A stretch of DNA of 63,290 nucleotides, counting the filler, from Octopus bimaculoides (lineage: Eukaryota): NCBI RefSeq assembly GCF_001194135.2. It is 12 parts of 11 records of this genome, joined end to end, with 100 filler letters (N's around TTAATTAATTAA, not from the genome) between each part and the next. Parts side by side here need not be neighbours in the genome. Positions count along the whole stretch, not along the records: positions 18,365 to 27,427 come from NC_068988.1; positions 27,528 to 32,117 come from NW_026385791.1; positions 32,218 to 37,512 come from NC_068988.1; positions 37,613 to 39,022 come from NC_068994.1; 8 more parts are not named here. The stretch is one strand, 5' to 3'. Position 1 is the stretch's first letter; every line of letters starts with the position of its first letter. Below are positions 25,900 through 37,879 of the stretch, piece by piece. Under the pieces are notes generated by a model. It ran no database searches. It saw nothing but the letters and a program-made list of their open reading frames with translations, and was not told the origin of the DNA. The position numbers and the translations under genes are program-made.

Positions 25900-26629
25900 T
25901 AGACTGATTCATCTCTTTTTTTATTTTCTGGGCACTTCTCTTTTATGTGTCCTTTTTTGCTGCATTTATAACAGCGTGGCTTGCTGCCCTCTACGTGGAT
26001 GGGGATATTTATGTCCTCCATGATGATTACCTTAGGCAGTTCTTCGAGGTCATTTGTGGTAGGTTGGGCCAGGATCTCGAGGGTCTGGTCTTGCCAATTT
26101 TGTGGTCCGTCTTTTGTTATTTGTATTATTTTAATTTTTTCTTCTCTTTTGTACAATAGTGTAGCCACAATCCATCCCACCTCTACCTCAGGAGGGATAT
26201 TTTTAATTTTGATTCGAGACCTCCTTCGCCCCAAATATAGGGGCAACAACAAAATATTTCCACTTTGCAAGGTTCGAGCCGAATATTCCCTTACACGTTC
26301 CATCGACTCGAACTTCGCTTCTATTGTGGCGAATTTACTCCCTCTTGTTAAGTATTTGATTTCTTTTAATGTCGCACTGAGACATTTTCAATGGTGCTCT
26401 CTTCTAGGTCTTCAAACTTCTTTCTTTCCGCATTGTAGCTCTTATAAATGATAGTTCTTTCTTTGATCCTGTTTTTCAGTTCACTGGGTGGTGTTATTTT
26501 TGCCTCTCCATTGCATTCGGTTATCATCCCGAAAAATTTTTGAATTTCTTCAATTTTTAGCACTATTTGTTCGCGACCGCCAACGGCTGCAGCAAAGTTC
26601 AAATTAAAATTTTCTTCCATCAAAGACAT
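25900..26629 (-). mobile_element. Gag-like ORF1 of a non-LTR retrotransposon with a CCHC zinc knuckle (one frameshift near 26370)
   Basis: ATG at 26629 (MSLMEENF...). Second frame ends VEGSKPRCYKCSKKGHIKEKCP (CX2CX4HX4C). No ORF2 follows. Confidence 0.75.
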
Positions 26630-27063
26630 TTTTGGTTCACACAAAGTTCTACACAAAAACAATGCCGTATAACGGCATGAAAATATAATTATAATTTTTT
26701 CAAGATAGTTTTCACAAAAAACTCCTTCTCCCAAAGGGGGAGAGTCACAGTTCACAATACACAGAAATTTATAACAACGTTTCCCAATGGGAAGACAATA
26801 CACAAAATAATCAACGTAATAATAATTCAACAATAACAACAAACCTTACGGCGAATCGATATTAACACAAAGAGCAAATCCAGATTGGAGGCGCAAGACC
26901 ACGATGTCCTAACATATAAACACGATGCAATACATAGAACATGCCTCGTGCTTATATGTTATAATTTTTCATATCTACCGCGCATGTGCGGTTTTCTTAT
27001 CGACAGCAAATACAAAAAATGCCGATTTTCTTCAAGAAATTAGCCAAAAAATTCATTATATCA

Positions 27064-27400
27064 TCTATATATATAAAAATGAGAATGTGTGTCTGTCTGT
27101 CTGTCTGTCTGTCTGTGTGAATCCCTAAAACTCGAGAACTACGCAACCAATTTCATTCAAATTTTACACATGCCTTACTTAGGGTTCCAGTTGTGTTTTA
27201 GTCAAAAAAAATTATTAACTTCTTGCAGAATTCGAGCACACGGCAACATAATATCTCCTCCACTATTTAAGTATTACGTGTCAAAAGTGAAACAAAAACA
27301 CTCATGTCAAATACTTTCACTTTAAAAATGAAACTATTCCACTAACTGAAACAATCACATTTCGATACTGTAGTGACAGATACTTTCACAGAGAGAGAAA
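27064..27400 (+). mobile_element. Non-autonomous Helitron-like element, 5' part
   Basis: Starts A|TCTATATATATAAAAATGAGAATG, then (GTCT)n and aactacgcaaccaatttcattcaaatttt, the layout of Lep1-type Helitron ends. A similar start occurs at about 37448. Confidence 0.5.
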
Positions 27401-27527
27401 GAGAGAAAGAGAGAGACAGAAAGAGAGNNNNNNNNNNNNNNNNNNNNNNNNNNNNNNNNNNNNNNNNNNNNTTAATTAATTAANNNNNNNNNNNNNNNNN
27501 NNNNNNNNNNNNNNNNNNNNNNNNNNN

Positions 27528-27559
<32 letters not shown>

Positions 27560-27639
27560 CATATACATATACACACACACTATTTAGAATTCCTTCACTT
27601 TTTTTCATATATAATCAGAATTCACTCATTTTCTTTTGT

Positions 27640-28140
27640 TAAATATGTGTAACAAAGTGTTCTTTATGAGTTTTCTCTTGAATTGATGTCTAAATATTTT
27701 GTTGGGTACTACAGCTCTTAGACTTTTTTAATTTTGATGAATTTGTTGAATATTCCTGTGGTATATTTTGGGTTGTCACCATGCTGAAAAATCCAAGACC
27801 AATCCAAATAAATTTTGGCAGATGGAACATAGTTCTCTTGAAGATCTACAGACAGGCTGCACTGTTCATAAAACCTTGATATGATTTATGGGTCTGATCC
27901 CTTTTTCTGGACGTGCAACCCCAAACTATGGCAGTGCAACCCCCAACTATGACCAGATTCTGGAACTCTGGGTGAAAATATTTTCCTATGCATTGCCAGA
28001 CATATACTGGCTGCCAGATATTCAAAATGTCAATAGCACTAATTTTCCTGTTTTTCTTTGTTGATACAAACAGTAGCAGTATTGATCCATCTTTTCTGAA
28101 GTTTTTCATGGTTGCATTGATCAAGGATAGTCAGAAAAGC
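27640..28140 (-). mobile_element. Decayed Tc1-type transposase remnant
   Basis: GGCTAIVWGC (cf. GGGSIMVWGC), GFMNSA, ENYVPSAK and WIFQHGDNPKYT (cf. FQQDNDPKHT), with stops and frameshifts. Confidence 0.7.
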
Positions 28141-28503
28141 CACCAGTTTAATTAGAAACGTCCACAAGTAATCAGCAGTTACTGAGCACCCAACCTTAGC
28201 AACTATAAGTAGAAAAGTCTATTTCAACTTATGCAATTAAATAAATCACAATCACATATCTGATCGCAAATTTTTTGATTTAGTCATTCACAAAACAATT
28301 TAGAATGATATAATCAAATACTTATTAATAGCTTGTTTTACATAGATAAAATATAATACCAAATATTAAAATTAAATTACTTTCTTCTAAAATATTCTTA
28401 AATTAGATGATATTCATTTTTGTATCTATTAATAAGTCAATAATTCCATTTATTAATACTTCCAATAACTACATAATGCTAATTTCAATGTTTTCATGTT
28501 TAA

Positions 28504-28702
28504 CTCTTGATACCAACCTGCCTGAGAAAATCACTGGTTCTTAATGTTTCAAAATTAATTCAAAATTAAAAGTTTCTATCAAAATTTCATGTTATGCTTA
28601 GAACTGCAGCTTATTAATGACAGAATTATTTTGCTAAATTCTTCATTATTTCTAATTGAAACAAAGGTAGTGTGCTTTCACAGAAGTATAGTAACAAAAG
28701 GG
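28504..28702. mobile_element. piggyBac-like MITE
   Basis: Flanked by TTAA at 28500-28503 and 28703-28706, with termini ctcttgatacc... and ...gtaacaaaaggg. A related end, ttaaccctttcgttacc, is at about 12525. Confidence 0.65.
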
Positions 28703-28822
28703 TTAAACTTACATTAAAATTCTCTTTTCTTCATGACAATCTTTATTGTAACTAACTAATCATCAGTATACCCTTGTCTTGAAACTAAGTGGTGCCTGTG
28801 TATACGAACACACACATTTGTA

Positions 28823-28854
<32 letters not shown>

Positions 28855-28857
<3 letters not shown>

Positions 28858-29340
28858 TGCTGAAGACATGTGTAGGTTCAAAAGAAATGAAGCTAGCATG
28901 ATCTATTGGATGTATAATGTCAGTGTGCACACACAACAGGGTATAAGCGCCCTGAGAGAAATGTTAGACATAAGCATCGGATATGGCGTGCAAGAGAGAC
29001 ATTTGCGTTGGTAAGATCATGTACTGCGGATGGACGAGGAGAGCTGTGTGAAGAAGTGCCACTCCCAAACAGTGCAAGGAACCCAGGGTAGAGGGAGACC
29101 GAGGAAGACATGGGATGAGGTGGTGAAGCCTGACCTTTGAACGTTGGGCCTCACAGAGGCAATGACAAAAGGCCAAGACCTCTGAAGGTATGTTGTGACT
29201 GAGAAGACCCGGCAAATAAAGTGAGTTCACAGCTGTAACCTACATCAGTGTCACATAACCAGCCCACTCAAAAGTACCTTGGATCATAGAACATGAGGAG
29301 ACCTACTGAGTCAAGTACATCAACATCAACTTCAATATCA
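28855..29340 (+). mobile_element. RTE-clade LINE 3' end (RT C-terminus plus 3' UTR)
   Basis: RFKRNEASMIYWM..., LRW*DHVLRMDEESCVKK and GRGRPRKTWDEVV. Confidence 0.85.
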
Positions 29341-29348
29341 AAATCAAA

Positions 29349-29702
29349 TCAAATTACATTCAAATAGAAATTGTAGTTATGACCCCCATGCCAGTGGCAT
29401 GTAAAAAGTACCATCCGAACATGGCCAATGCCAGTGCTGCCTTGACTAGCTTCCATGCCAGTGGCATGTAAAAAGCACCATCCAATCGTGGCCAATGCCA
29501 GCTCCTCTGGCCCCTGTGCCAGTAGTACATAAAAAGCACACACTACACTCTCAGAATGGTTGGTGTTAGGAAAGGCATCCAGCTGTAGAAATACTGCCAG
29601 ATCAGATTGGGGCCTGGTGCAGCCTCCTGGCTTCTCAAACTCCAGCCAAACCATCCAACCCATGCCAGCATGGAACACGGACGTTAAACGATGATGATGA
29701 TG
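29349..29702 (+). mobile_element. Repeat family D
   Basis: Ends ccatccaacccatgccagcatggaacacggacgttaaacgatgatgatg. Confidence 0.85.
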
Positions 29703-29920
29703 TATTTATGTATAGATAGATAGATATACACATATATGGACACAAATACTTAGATATGGCTGTGTGGTTAAGAAACTGGCTTTGCTCTCACATGATTCTG
29801 GGTTCAGTCCCATTAAGTGACACCTTGGATGAGTGCCTTCTACTATAGCCCTGCGCTGACGAAAACCTGTGAGTTGATTTGGTAATTGAAAGTGAAAGAA
29901 CTGATGGTGAGGATATATAT

Positions 29921-30600
29921 CATCATCATCATCATCATCATCGTTTAACGTCCACTTTCCATGCTAGCATGGGTTGGGCGATTTGACTGAGGACTGGCAA
30001 GCCAGAAGGCTGCACCAAGTTCCAATCTGATCTGGCAGAGTTTCTACAGCTGGATGCCCTTCCTAACGCCAACCACTCCAAGAGTGTAGTGGGTGCTTTT
30101 ACGTGCCACCGGCACGAGGGTCAGTCACATGGTATTGGCAATGGCCATGCTCAAAAGGGTGTTTTTTACGTGCCACCTGCACAGGAGCCAGTACAGTGGC
30201 ACTGGCAACGATCTCGCTCAAATGATTTTCTAACGTGCCACCAGCGCAAGTGCTAGAAGGCAACGCTGGTAACGATTACACTCAAATAAAGCTATTTACG
30301 GGCCACTGGCACGGAAGCCAGAGTGCTGCTCTGGCAATGAACATGCTCGGACAGTGCTGTTAGTGCTCCACTGGCACAGGTGCCAGTCATCGAGTATAGT
30401 TCAATTACGATTTCACTTGCCCCAACAGGTCTTCGCAAGCAGAGTTTAGTGTCCAATGAAGGAGAGGTTGGCATGGGTGCCAGTCTTCAGATTCGGTTTG
30501 ATTTCGATTTCAGATTTGAAATTTGAAATTCCAAATTTACTTACCTCAACAGGACTTCGCAAGCAGGGTTTTTAGTGTCCAATGAAGTAAAGATACGAAT
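29921..30600 (-). mobile_element. Repeat family D with an extended internal subrepeat array
   Basis: (CAT)n tail, the ggatgcccttcctaacgccaacc core and repeated ttacgtgccacc...cactggcaacg units. Confidence 0.85.
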
Positions 30601-30872
30601 TAGTGAGGTGGCTACACTTCTGGCAGAGGTCACAGATTATGCTCTCACTTGCCTTGCCGGGTCTTCTCACATACTGCATATTTCCAAATGTCCCGCTCAC
30701 TGGTCATTGCCTCGGTGAGGCCTAAAGTTTGAAGGTCTTGCTTCACCACCTCCAGCACACCATCATCATCATCATCATCATCATCCTTTAAAGTCTATTT
30801 TCCATGCTGGTAATAGGTTGGGCACACACACACACATGTATATATTTCTATCTATCTATCTATCTATAATTA

Positions 30873-30938
<66 letters not shown>

Positions 30939-31315
30939 CATACATACATATATATATAATAGAAATATGTTACAAAAACAAAATAGAAACTACACGTAGA
31001 AATGTAAGGGGAAAGTAAGAAGAAAAATAAGCGAGAATGCACCTTGGAAATCAAAAAATGTAAAGGCTTTTTATGAAAAGTAACGATAGATATATACAAT
31101 TAGATGAACTGAGGTAAGAATAAAAGTAATGAAAGTCATTATTGTAAATTGTTAAAGAGATATGTATGTATACAGGGTGTGATTATCACCATTTTATTGT
31201 GTGTTTTTGTATCATCTAAATGTCTGGATGTTTTGGGTTCTTGTCCCATCTTTTGTATTCTTTTTTATATACATATAGTGGTGTATGTACACTTTGATCT
31301 CTTATATGTAAGTAC

Positions 31316-31352
<37 letters not shown>

Positions 31353-32079
31353 TCAATTTTGTAAGATTCTCTTATTTTTTCATTCTTTCTTTCTTTCTAT
31401 CAGTCCCTTCACACTTACTTCGTTCTTTCCACTCTTCTTTCTTTTGTTCCCCCTCTCTCACATTTCCTGGCCTTCTCTTCATTCTTACCTTTCCTCCTCT
31501 TTCACTTCGCTCTGTCCCTTTTCTTTTTTCTTATCTCTCTCTAATTCTTCTATCCCTCTGCCTCTACCTGTCTCTTCTCCTTCCACGTGACCAGTGTTCG
31601 GCCAAGCCTGACCTTTCTTTCTTGGTTTGGCTACCATCTGTGCAACATCTATATTCCTTCCCATGCCTGTCATCTCTTACGTCCCTGCTGTAAGGCTTCA
31701 CTTCCGCATGCACCAGCTTAATTTAATTTGTCCTTAGACACCTGTTGTTTATGTCTTGTTGTTTGCATCTGTATTTGTGTACCATTTCTCCATTTTTTTT
31801 TTCCATCCTTGTTTTTGTATACATTTGCTGCTTTCTTCCAAGTAATCTAGTGCTCTTAGCTTAGATTTTCCATGGGGCTGACCAGATTGGAGCAGTCTCG
31901 ATTACAACCAGCCAAAACTGCAAATCTAATCTGGAATTGGACTGACGAAATAAAACTCCGAATTACCTGACCTTGCTTTTTCTTGTCCCTTTTTTGTATC
32001 ATCTAACTGTCTGGATGTTTTGTGTTCTTGTCCCAATTTTTGAATTCTTTTTTATAGATGTATATATACAGATATATAT

Positions 32080-32117
<38 letters not shown>

Positions 32118-32217
32118 NNNNNNNNNNNNNNNNNNNNNNNNNNNNNNNNNNNNNNNNNNNNTTAATTAATTAANNNNNNNNNNNNNNNNNNNNNNNNNNN
32201 NNNNNNNNNNNNNNNNN

Positions 32218-32272
<55 letters not shown>

Positions 32273-32294
32273 TACATGCATACATATATATGTA

Positions 32295-32330
<36 letters not shown>

Positions 32331-32589
32331 CATACATACAAATATATATATACATACATACATAGACAGACACACATACATACATGTATGTATGTACGCA
32401 TATGCATAGATAAAGCCGTGCATGCATATGCATTCACAGAAATGAGTCAGACACTCAAATTCATATGCATACATTATATGTACACGCGCGCGCACTCACA
32501 CACACACACACACACGCACGTACACACACACACACTCACACACACACACACACACATATATATGCTGATCTTTGAAAACAAAATCATTC

Positions 32590-32793
32590 TGATATTCTTT
32601 TATTCATTTACTTATTTCAGTCATTTGACTACAGCCATGCTGGACCACCGCCTTTAGTCGAACGAATCTACCCTAGGACTTATTCTTTGTAAGCCTAATA
32701 CTTTTTCAATCGGCTCTCTTGCCGAACCGCTTAGTTACAGGGACGTAAACACACCAGTATCGGTTGACAAGCGATTGTAGGGGATAAAACACA

Positions 32794-32852
<59 letters not shown>
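32590..32852 (-). mobile_element. SINE-B 3' half running into (CA)n and a gap
   Basis: tttcagtcatttgact.cagccatgctggaccaccgcctttagtcgaacgaatc...gccgaaccgcttagttacagggacgtaaacacacc. Confidence 0.85.
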
Positions 32853-32853
<1 letters not shown>

Positions 32854-33019
32854 NNNNNNNNNNNNNNNNNNNNNNNNNNNNNNNNNNNNNNNNNNNNNNN
32901 NNNNNNNNNNNNNNNNNNNNNNNNNNNNNNNNNNNNNNNNNNNNNNNNNNNNNNNNNNNNNNNNNNNNNNNNNNNNNNNNNNNNNNNNNNNNNNNNNNNN
33001 NNNNNNNNNNNNNNNNNNN

Positions 33020-33070
<51 letters not shown>

Positions 33071-33159
33071 GCACACACATTTATATATATACAGGTAAGC
33101 AGAGTTAGCGGTTAGAATAACCGTCTAAGGGATAAGAATATCCATTCTTACTAACGGTA

Positions 33160-33960
33160 TCATTTGCCTACATTCAAAATTATTACTCCTCCATAATCTC
33201 CACTATTCTAAGCAGTGCGCTCATTTTTGCTAAGAACTTTACTAAGATAATTAGGAAGGAAATCAATGTAATCCTCACGGCCCGTAAGACCATTATTGAA
33301 TTTGATAATAAACTGTGAGTTAAGAAGGACACTCCTGATTTCTTTGATATAACTATGGGTCTGCAGACTCAGTGGAGGTGACTGACCTTGCGAGAAGATA
33401 CCTATTGGACAATACTACTAAGGAAATCGCTGAATTTGGGGCAGGGTGTCTCAACAGGATGGCGCACTTTTTATAATTAGAGACACCTCTAATACACGCG
33501 TAGAACTACTTAAGAAACGTCTATATAATTCTTCAATAGATCCGACATCTCTATCACTATAGAAAATGAAAATTATTCTATCAATTACCCAAACGTTAAT
33601 TACAATTTTAATACAGGTTTACACAAATCTTAAATGAAACCTAACTCTAACTTAATGTATGTAAACTATCAAAGTAATCATCCACAATCTATAAAAAGAG
33701 TTCTAATAAAGGGCATTAATAAAAGAATTTCTTATCTCTCTTCTAATGAGGACTTACTTTATAGTCATAAAGATAAGTATGATAAGGCACTTAAAAATGC
33801 AGGTAGAATTAAATATACCCCATACGTGAATGCAACGAACAGAAATAATATTGACCACATTAAATACAGAACATAGAAATTTACCTAAACTAAGTAATAA
33901 AGCATAGAAAACTATAGCTCACGACACTAACAGGATCGGAATTAGCAATACTAAGAAGAA
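33160..33960 (+). mobile_element. Penelope-like RT pseudogene fragment
   Basis: IQNYYSSI..ILSSALIFAK...VILTARKTII...*VKKDTPDFFDITMG, SADSVEVTDL and MKPNSNLMYVNYQSNHPQSIK (cf. FDVTMGSxDGAExCELVG and KPNxxxxYVHxxSNHPP). Confidence 0.85.
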
Positions 33961-33982
33961 CAATAACAATAACAGAAATCCA

Positions 33983-34078
33983 ACAGGATTACACTCACAC
34001 AGGATTACACTCACACAGGATTACACTCACACAGGATTACACTCACACAGGATTACACTCACACAGGATTACACTCAC
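33983..34078. repeat. Minisatellite, 6 perfect copies of the 16-bp unit ACAGGATTACACTCAC
   Basis: Read directly from the sequence. Confidence 0.97.
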
Positions 34079-34083
34079 ACATA

Positions 34084-34920
34084 CAGGCTAAAATTGACGA
34101 CTTGTATGATTTCTTATTTCAAGAACAGCTTCATAGTATTGGTGAACAGTGAACGGCTTTGGAGAGCATAGAAATTAAAGTTGTAATTGAGAAAAAGTTA
34201 GCTGACATGGAGGACTGGAAGCCATCTGAATATTGGAAAAGAATTGCCTGTATTATTGTGATTCTCGCTGGGTATCAAAATACCGGCATCATGACTGCTG
34301 TTCAGTGCATTGTGAGTACTTTAAACGTGGTAAGATGTGACATGGATATGTCCCACGTATCATGAAAAATTCTCCCAAACCGTGATGCCCTTTGGCTGAG
34401 TCTCCAGTGAGGGTGACATTATGCCGCCCCACATCTTTGATCATGGCTTTAGGCTCTTAATTCGGACGGCTATGTGAAGCTTCTGAAGACTGTGATCAAG
34501 TCTTCTGTGGAGAAAGCTCAGTGCCAAACCTACGGAAAGAATCAGAAGTTGTTATCAGAGAGAATTTTTACGACTTCAGCAGCACCAATTTCTGTCCTCC
34601 TAATTCCACCGATTGTAATCCCAAGGGTTACTATATGTGAGGCACGGCTGAGAGAGACACCAACCGCTCTGCGTACAACACCAAAATCAAAGTGTTCGAA
34701 GATCTTCCCAGGGACACGGTGAGGAATGCATGCCTCAGTTTCTGGAGCCATCTTCAGGCCGTGGTGGAAGATGAGGGCAACTACTTGGAGTAAACTATTA
34801 TCTTCTAGACATAATCTAATTGATATATTTTCATGAAAACAAATACGAAAACATTTATTTTTGGATGGAATATTGTGTTTTCTTTTCCTTTCAAGCAAAC
34901 TGTCAAATTTAGTCCCAACA
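34084..34920 (+). mobile_element. maT/DD37D-like Tc1/mariner-superfamily transposon remnant, internally deleted
   Basis: PQTVMPFG*VSSEGDIMPPHIF, NSDGYVKLL, FCPPNSTDCNPKGYY (cf. WPPNSPDCNPLDY) and LQAVVEDEGNYLE*. Weak TIRs ggctaaaattgac / gtcaaatttagtc. Confidence 0.75.
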
Positions 34921-36868
34921 GTTATGAGTTTCCTTTTTTATTTTCTGATATTAGATTTGAAGACAACAAATAGATGTGATGTCCAAAAGCACACAATGAA
35001 GTCAGACTAATGTTACCGTTATAAATTAATGAATCATATAATGAATCAAACAATATTTTCGGTATGTTAACAATGAGATACAATTTCACAACTCAAATTC
35101 AAACCTTGAGAATCCTGAGACTACATAATCCTCAAATAAGCACCTTTTCGGATAGACACAAATGACAGCAAAGTTTCAACAAAATACTTCAATGCCGTTA
35201 TGGTAGCACTCGATCAGAAACATGCAAGTGATTTTAAACTTACGTGGTCTTCTTTCTCAAAAGTTGTTGCAAATTTTCTCTCGGTGTTAAGAATTGTTTG
35301 CACTTAAAATCTCTGCTGATACATTTTTGTTCAATCAATCTAATGTAAGATTTCGTTGTCATTCAGGTGTAGATATGTTCAGTACCCTATTTCGCCAAGC
35401 TATTTCGCTCAGGGAGGGAATTATAATTGATAGTTAGGAGTAAATACAAAATTTCAGTTTATTGTGAAAGAGTCTTTTAAAATTGTAATTTCTGCTGGAC
35501 TGTTGCTCTATTCGTTTTCGCATTTCATCTAAAAGCAGGATTATATCACAGAATTGTACGCATTCTATTCCTGCGCTTTGGGACATTAAATCTAAGTAGA
35601 TAGTGCATCTTTTCAGAAAGGCTGTTGTTCAAGAGGTATTCTCCGAGAGGCACTAATGAATGTGGTTGTGATAAAGACATTATGTGTCGACGAATGTTAA
35701 GGATTAAGTTAGGGAACATGTTACTTGATTGGAGAGAAGTCTTATTTATGTAAAACGAAATCTCATTAAGTTTATGATAAGAATTAAACGTATTTCTACC
35801 AAGAAACTTTCTGTTGTATAAATGTCAACTGTAGTTACATTAGTGTCAGGTAATTTCATTTCATCCAATAACAATTAAAAATTATCTATTTAATGTTTGT
35901 ATGGTTGCACGTAATGCTGCTCAATAATAGGAACCTATTGATATTCATGATCTAGGCCTTTTGCCTATAAGCTCTTACTGATATTTTGTGAAGACGATGG
36001 TCTCTACATAAGGGGAAATATAAGTGGATATGAACTAGATAGATCTTTCTTAAATCTATCTAGCTCATTATGCATTAATGATCTGAACTCCTTTTGTTAG
36101 TTGTCCACCAAACTCAAGCCACAATCTTAAGTACAGGTAAGCAATAGTGAAGCCTTTCTAATATAAAATAGTGGTTATTCTTGCAAAGAGGAGAGACAAT
36201 ATTTGGATAATATATTAAGGTAAAACAATAAACTCTAAATCTATTTAGATATTTCGGAGAAGTTTCCTTTCCATAAGGTTCATCAACAATTGCACCATTT
36301 TCCGGCAGGATCAGGCATCAGGGGGAAATGCGTAAAAAACCGCCTTACAGGTAATGATATTTACTCTACAGAGTAAATAGTCAGGATCATCTCCTGGCCT
36401 AAATCCTATCAAAATTTTTGGAATCATTAAAAATAAACGAAATTTCAGTTTATAATNNNNNNNNNNNNNNNNNNNNNNNNNNNNNNNNNNNNNNNNNNNN
36501 NNNNNNNNNNNNNNNNNNNNNNNNNNNNNNNNNNNNNNNNNNNNNNNNNNNNNNNNNNNNNNNNNNNNNNNNNNNNNNNNNNNNNNNNNNNNNNNNNNNN
36601 NNNNNNNNNNNNNNNNNNNNNNNNNNNNNNNNNNNNNNNNNNNNNNNNNNNNNNNNNNNNNNNNNNNNNNNNNNNNNNNNNNNNNNNNNNNNNNNNNNNN
36701 NNNNNNNNNNNNNNNNNNNNNNNNNNNNNNNNNNNNNNNNNNNNNNNNNNNNNNNNNNNNNNNNNNNNNNNNNNNNNNNNNNNNNNNNNNNNNNNNNNNN
36801 NNNNNNNNNNNNNNNNNNNNNNNNNNNNNNNNNNNNNNNNNNNNNNNNNNNNNNNNNNNNNNNNNNNN

Positions 36869-36931
<63 letters not shown>

Positions 36932-37062
36932 GCACGCACGCACGCACGCACACACACAAACAAACGTAAATACACGCAAAACACATATTCATACAAACAT
37001 ACACACATGCATACACGTATGAACGCATACATCTATATATCTATGTAATGTCTATACTTCAG

Positions 37063-37121
<59 letters not shown>

Positions 37122-37126
37122 CTTTC

Positions 37127-37189
<63 letters not shown>

Positions 37190-37383
37190 GTCTGTCTATC
37201 TGTCTGTCTGTCTGTCTGACTGTCCGTCTGTATGTCTGTACGTCTGTCTGTCAGTCTGTCTGCCTGTCTGTCCATCTATCTGTCTGTCTTTATCTTCCAA
37301 TCTATTTATCAATACACACACATATATGCAATTATAAATATATATATATAAATGTGTGTGTGTATGTATACATATACATATAT

Positions 37384-37454
<71 letters not shown>

Positions 37455-37612
37455 AATGAGAATGTTTGTCTCTGTGTGTGTGTGTCTGTGTGTGTCTGTG
37501 TGTGTGTGTGTGNNNNNNNNNNNNNNNNNNNNNNNNNNNNNNNNNNNNNNNNNNNNTTAATTAATTAANNNNNNNNNNNNNNNNNNNNNNNNNNNNNNNN
37601 NNNNNNNNNNNN

Positions 37613-37658
<46 letters not shown>

Positions 37659-37720
37659 TGACGGACACACTGAGCGTCTACCCCATACACACAGACAGCC
37701 AAAGATCTTTAATTACGTAC

Positions 37721-37805
37721 AGTCACCGTCATATCTGTGTAGATACACAATCCACAAATTACGCGGTTTTCCTTTGATGGCAGCGGTGGCGACGGCGGCG
37801 GCCAT
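37721..37805 (-). CDS. Candidate first coding exon (unverified)
   Basis: aacagaaacaagATGGCCGCCGCC start context with a CpG cluster. Reads MAAAVATAAIKGKPRNLWIVYLHRYDGD, then donor GTACGT. About 110 bp from a scaffold linker. Confidence 0.3.
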
Positions 37806-37879
37806 CTTGTTTCTGTTGTTTTCAAAGTTTTTTGATGTTTGTCTTTGTTGTGGAGATTAGTGACATTAAATTGAAAGAC

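Noticed and set aside
35244-35362. Minus-strand ORF MTTKSY...LRKKT ending at a GTAAGT donor, phase-compatible with the 15.9-kb microexon
   Set aside because: Separated from the microexon by three scaffold linkers and without homology support, so it may be coincidence.
36030-36068. 15-bp imperfect hairpin
   Set aside because: The arms are mostly GATA/TATC microsatellite-like, so such pairing is expected by chance in this genome.
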